This document shows, one piece after another, positions 22,270-25,036 of a DNA stretch of 25,036 nucleotides (position 1 is its first letter; the number at the start of each line of letters is the position of its first letter). This stretch comes from an uncultured Clostridia bacterium. Its GTDB lineage: Bacteria; Bacillota; Clostridia; Christensenellales; Borkfalkiaceae. The notes below the pieces were generated by a model. The model was given only the letters and a program-made list of their open reading frames with translations, did not search any database and was not told the origin of the DNA. The DNA is taken from NCBI GenBank assembly GCA_946624395.1, contig CAMORY010000042.1, forward strand, positions 1-25,036, given 5' to 3'. The translations under genes were made by a program, and so were the position numbers.

Positions 22270-24633
22270 TTAACTTTCGATATACGCTTTAATTACCGTA
22301 CTGTCCATCATTTGTTTGTTGTTTATAAATTCGTCTATTAACAAATCGTAATCTTCCATAATTTTATTCAGAACGTTCGCGTCGATAATTACCGTTGACG
22401 TTATACCGTTATCGGCAAGAATGTCTGCACTATAAGTGCTGTAATTATTATCTTTATCGTTATCTTCCTGAATAAACATCATCGGCACAATTACTTCATA
22501 TTCTTTCAAGTTTCCGTTATCATCTAATCCGTAAAAATATTGAGTTCGGAATTCGATGTCGTATTTTCTGCTTGTTTTTACGCCGTATTTTTTGTTGTGT
22601 GTCGGGCTGAAAGCGGTAGAATTGTCGTTTACATAAACGGCTTCAAGTTCGCCTTTATCGTTAAAGTCTGCTTTTATGGTATTTATTCCGCTTATGTCGC
22701 TTAAGTTAAACCATAATGTGTTGTAATCTGAACTGTAATCTATACCTAATACTCGGAAAGATAAAGTTTCTCTTACTTCGTAGCCCAAAAGTTTGCCTTC
22801 GTTGGCTTTATACAGTTCATTTATATAGCCCTTTGCTAACATCATAGCGTCCGCCTTGTTTCCTACGACTGAAACGTATTCATTATCAATATAGAAATCC
22901 GCACAAGAAGGAACGGTGTCATGTCCTACAAGAGTTATATATTCGTAAATGTGCCCTTCAACCGTATCGTCGGACTTTCTTTCAATAGAAAGATACGACG
23001 TACGAGAGCCGGCTGAAATTCCATATTCTATTCCGAATTCATATTTGTTCTCGGAAACCGTATAACGCAAACGGTTTGTGTCGGTAAGTTTTACCGTATA
23101 CGTTTTTTCGCCCGATATAGTGTTGTAAATTATTGAAATGGTCGGAGAAACATTTCCGAATAGCGGCACGTTTACACCTGTGTTGTAATTTAAGGTATAA
23201 GAGAACGAGTTGCCGTCATAAGCGATAGAAGCGTAAAAATATTCGGTCTCAAAACTCTTGTCTATCGAATCCGCGTATTCCGATTCAAGATAACTTGTTA
23301 TAGTTGTTATTGCTGACGATAAAACCGTGTTGCCGACATTAAGATATTTATAGAAATATTCACTTTGGTTGATATTGTCTATAACCATATTCCACTGTTT
23401 GCCGAATCCGCCGTATTTTATTGCGCTGACGTTGACAAAATTTGAAAAATCGTATGAAACATCACTTTCTGCGACAAAATTAGCGGCATATCTCGGTGTC
23501 ATAGCGGCGGGAATAAAGTCATACGGCGACGCATTAAAAGATTGGACGACCGTATTCAAATATCCCTTTACGGTTGCGCGTAGTTCCGCAATTTCACTTG
23601 CAACGAGTTTAGTTGCAAAATCTTTGATATCTTCTGAAACTTCCGCCACTGCGGCAGGTATGTTGTCGATATCGTCCACGGCGGTTATTTTTGATTTTTC
23701 GGCAGTGTAAAACTCATTTAACTGCGTTTTTAACTGTTCGTCTTTAAGTTTGCTTAATCCTGCCGTAACGATTTTATCAAGTTCTGAAAAAGCGGCAACT
23801 TTAAGTTTTTCGAGTTGGGACTTAATTGTATTATTAACGAAAGTTGATGTATCCGCTAATATTTCATCAAACGCAGTTTTTGCGGAATCAATCGAATTTA
23901 CAGCAACGATATTATTTCTTGTCTGTTGATAAAAAGAGTTAATTTCGGCACGTAAATCTTCGTCGGAAATTTTTGCAAGTAAGGCGTTAACGGAGTTATC
24001 TAAATTTGCAACCGCCGCTTCTTTTAACGCGGTGAGTTGTTGCGTTATAATTTCTTTTATGAAATTTTCCACGTCTACTTTAATTTCAGTTAAAGCAGAA
24101 GGTAGTCCGTCTAATGTTTCAAGAGCGGTTATAGTTGTTTTTTCGGTGTTATAAAAATTATTCAACTGTTGTTTAAGGCTGTCGTTGGATAATTTATTTA
24201 ACCCTGCCGCAACGATTTCGTCAAGTTCCGCAATTATGTTAGACTTGAGTTTAGAAATTTGCGCTGAAATCGTATTTTCTACGAAAGTAGCAATATCTGC
24301 TTTTATTTGATTAAGCAAGGCTTTGGCATTGTCAATGGAGTTAACAGAAGAAATGTCGTTCTTCGTTTTTTGATAAAAGGCAGAGATTGCGTTTTTTAGG
24401 TCGTCGTCGGTTATTTCAGAACGCAGAGAGTTTACGGAACTATCTAAATTAGCCGTAGTTTCGGCTTTCATCGTTTCGAGTTGTTGTTCGTCCGTTTCAC
24501 CGTCAGTGATTTCGCCTGTTTGTGCTGGGGCGGTGTTTGCGTTCGGGCTGTCGCCGCCGCAACCTGTGCCTAATGCGCAAAAGCACATTATGCATAAAAG
24601 CATAATTAAAAACAGTGTTAGCGATTTCCTCAT
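22270..24633 (-). CDS. Uncharacterised 787-aa predicted lipoprotein with helical repeats and a Tyr/beta-rich C-terminal region
   Basis: Basic N-terminus, hydrophobic stretch, LGTGC lipobox-like Cys25, flexible linker, four 74-aa repeats; AAGGAG RBS. Confidence 0.8.
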   Translation of the reverse strand: MRKSLTLFLIMLLCIMCFCALGTGCGGDSPNANTAPAQTGEITDGETDEQQLETMKAETTANLDSSVNSLRSEITDDDLKNAISAFYQKTKNDISSVNSIDNAKALLNQIKADIATFVENTISAQISKLKSNIIAELDEIVAAGLNKLSNDSLKQQLNNFYNTEKTTITALETLDGLPSALTEIKVDVENFIKEIITQQLTALKEAAVANLDNSVNALLAKISDEDLRAEINSFYQQTRNNIVAVNSIDSAKTAFDEILADTSTFVNNTIKSQLEKLKVAAFSELDKIVTAGLSKLKDEQLKTQLNEFYTAEKSKITAVDDIDNIPAAVAEVSEDIKDFATKLVASEIAELRATVKGYLNTVVQSFNASPYDFIPAAMTPRYAANFVAESDVSYDFSNFVNVSAIKYGGFGKQWNMVIDNINQSEYFYKYLNVGNTVLSSAITTITSYLESEYADSIDKSFETEYFYASIAYDGNSFSYTLNYNTGVNVPLFGNVSPTISIIYNTISGEKTYTVKLTDTNRLRYTVSENKYEFGIEYGISAGSRTSYLSIERKSDDTVEGHIYEYITLVGHDTVPSCADFYIDNEYVSVVGNKADAMMLAKGYINELYKANEGKLLGYEVRETLSFRVLGIDYSSDYNTLWFNLSDISGINTIKADFNDKGELEAVYVNDNSTAFSPTHNKKYGVKTSRKYDIEFRTQYFYGLDDNGNLKEYEVIVPMMFIQEDNDKDNNYSTYSADILADNGITSTVIIDANVLNKIMEDYDLLIDEFINNKQMMDSTVIKAYIES
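23593..24480 (-). repeat. Four in-frame 74-aa (222-bp) repeats in A-B-A-B order, residues 52-347
   Basis: Units start LETMKAETTANLDSSVN / ISKLKSNIIAELDEIV / LTALKEAAVANLDNSVN / LEKLKVAAFSELDKIV; all have FY at unit positions 35-36. Confidence 0.85.
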
Positions 24634-24670
24634 TTTTACTCCTTTTAATCTGTTAAATTTTATCTATGTA

Positions 24671-25036
24671 TTATAAATCATTGCTTAATTCTGGGTTTTT
24701 GAAGTTTTTAACGATAGCGAACGGATAAGCAAATATGCTTAATACCAGACATACCGCTACGGCAAGCAAGAAACACGCAATCGAGATTAAACCGCCTAAT
24801 ATCCATAAACCTAATTTTACGGTTAAGAGCCAAACGATGCCGTCCAAATCTAAACTAAAAATAACGCCTGGCATCCTTATACTCCAGGAAGATATGGTTT
24901 CAAACAAATCCCCTATAAAATTGTTTTGTAAAAACAAACAGGAAAGGAACGGGAAGAATAAAGCGGCCCACACAGTTGCGGCGATTACTATACCCGTGTC
25001 AAGATTTGCCGAAAGCGTAGCAATCAAAGCGATTGC
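24671..25036 (-). CDS. Hypothetical membrane protein, 5'-truncated by the window edge
   Basis: Frame is open from 25036 (AIALIAT...). Several hydrophobic segments and a PGVIFSLDLDG motif; no family assigned. Confidence 0.7.
   Translation of the reverse strand, partial: AIALIATLSANLDTGIVIAATVWAALFFPFLSCLFLQNNFIGDLFETISSWSIRMPGVIFSLDLDGIVWLLTVKLGLWILGGLISIACFLLAVAVCLVLSIFAYPFAIVKNFKNPELSNDL

Noticed and set aside
638-23710. Numerous 60-160 aa ORFs overlapping the called genes
   Set aside because: They are shadow frames of well-supported genes with no motifs or RBS.
1-25036. tRNA, rRNA, parS, frameshifted pseudogenes, prophage or defence genes
   Set aside because: None recognised. All called genes read as intact, apart from the two cut by the window edges.

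Overview
Core-genome window of a Clostridia-class Firmicute, probably a spore former (taxon inferred from gene content and promoter motifs). Left to right: the 3' part of yidC and jag/eloR; a 7-gene aryl-acid/acyl-CoA cluster (iorA, iorB, paaK-like ligase, ACT protein, amidohydrolase, second acyl-CoA synthetase, Na+:solute symporter); trxA, an Isf-like flavoprotein and a DUF559-type nuclease followed by a nested REP-like palindrome; the RNase P RNA gene (rnpB, minus strand); two small ORFs missing from the ORF track (34 and 36 aa) behind a sigmaG-type promoter; a proB-like kinase, rubrerythrin, an M20 dipeptidase, radC, gltX, mnmG, dnaA and recF; then a lower-GC segment with a 787-aa lipoprotein carrying four 74-aa repeats and a truncated membrane protein. 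Most notable: (1) the putative forespore two-micropeptide operon, (2) the DUF559 + palindrome element, (3) an RNase P RNA whose L15 loop lacks the GGU motif, (4) a scrambled oriC gene cluster with dnaA and recF divergent, no perfect DnaA boxes nearby, and a DnaA domain IV altered at base-contacting residues. All calls come from reading motifs by eye; no database searches were run.
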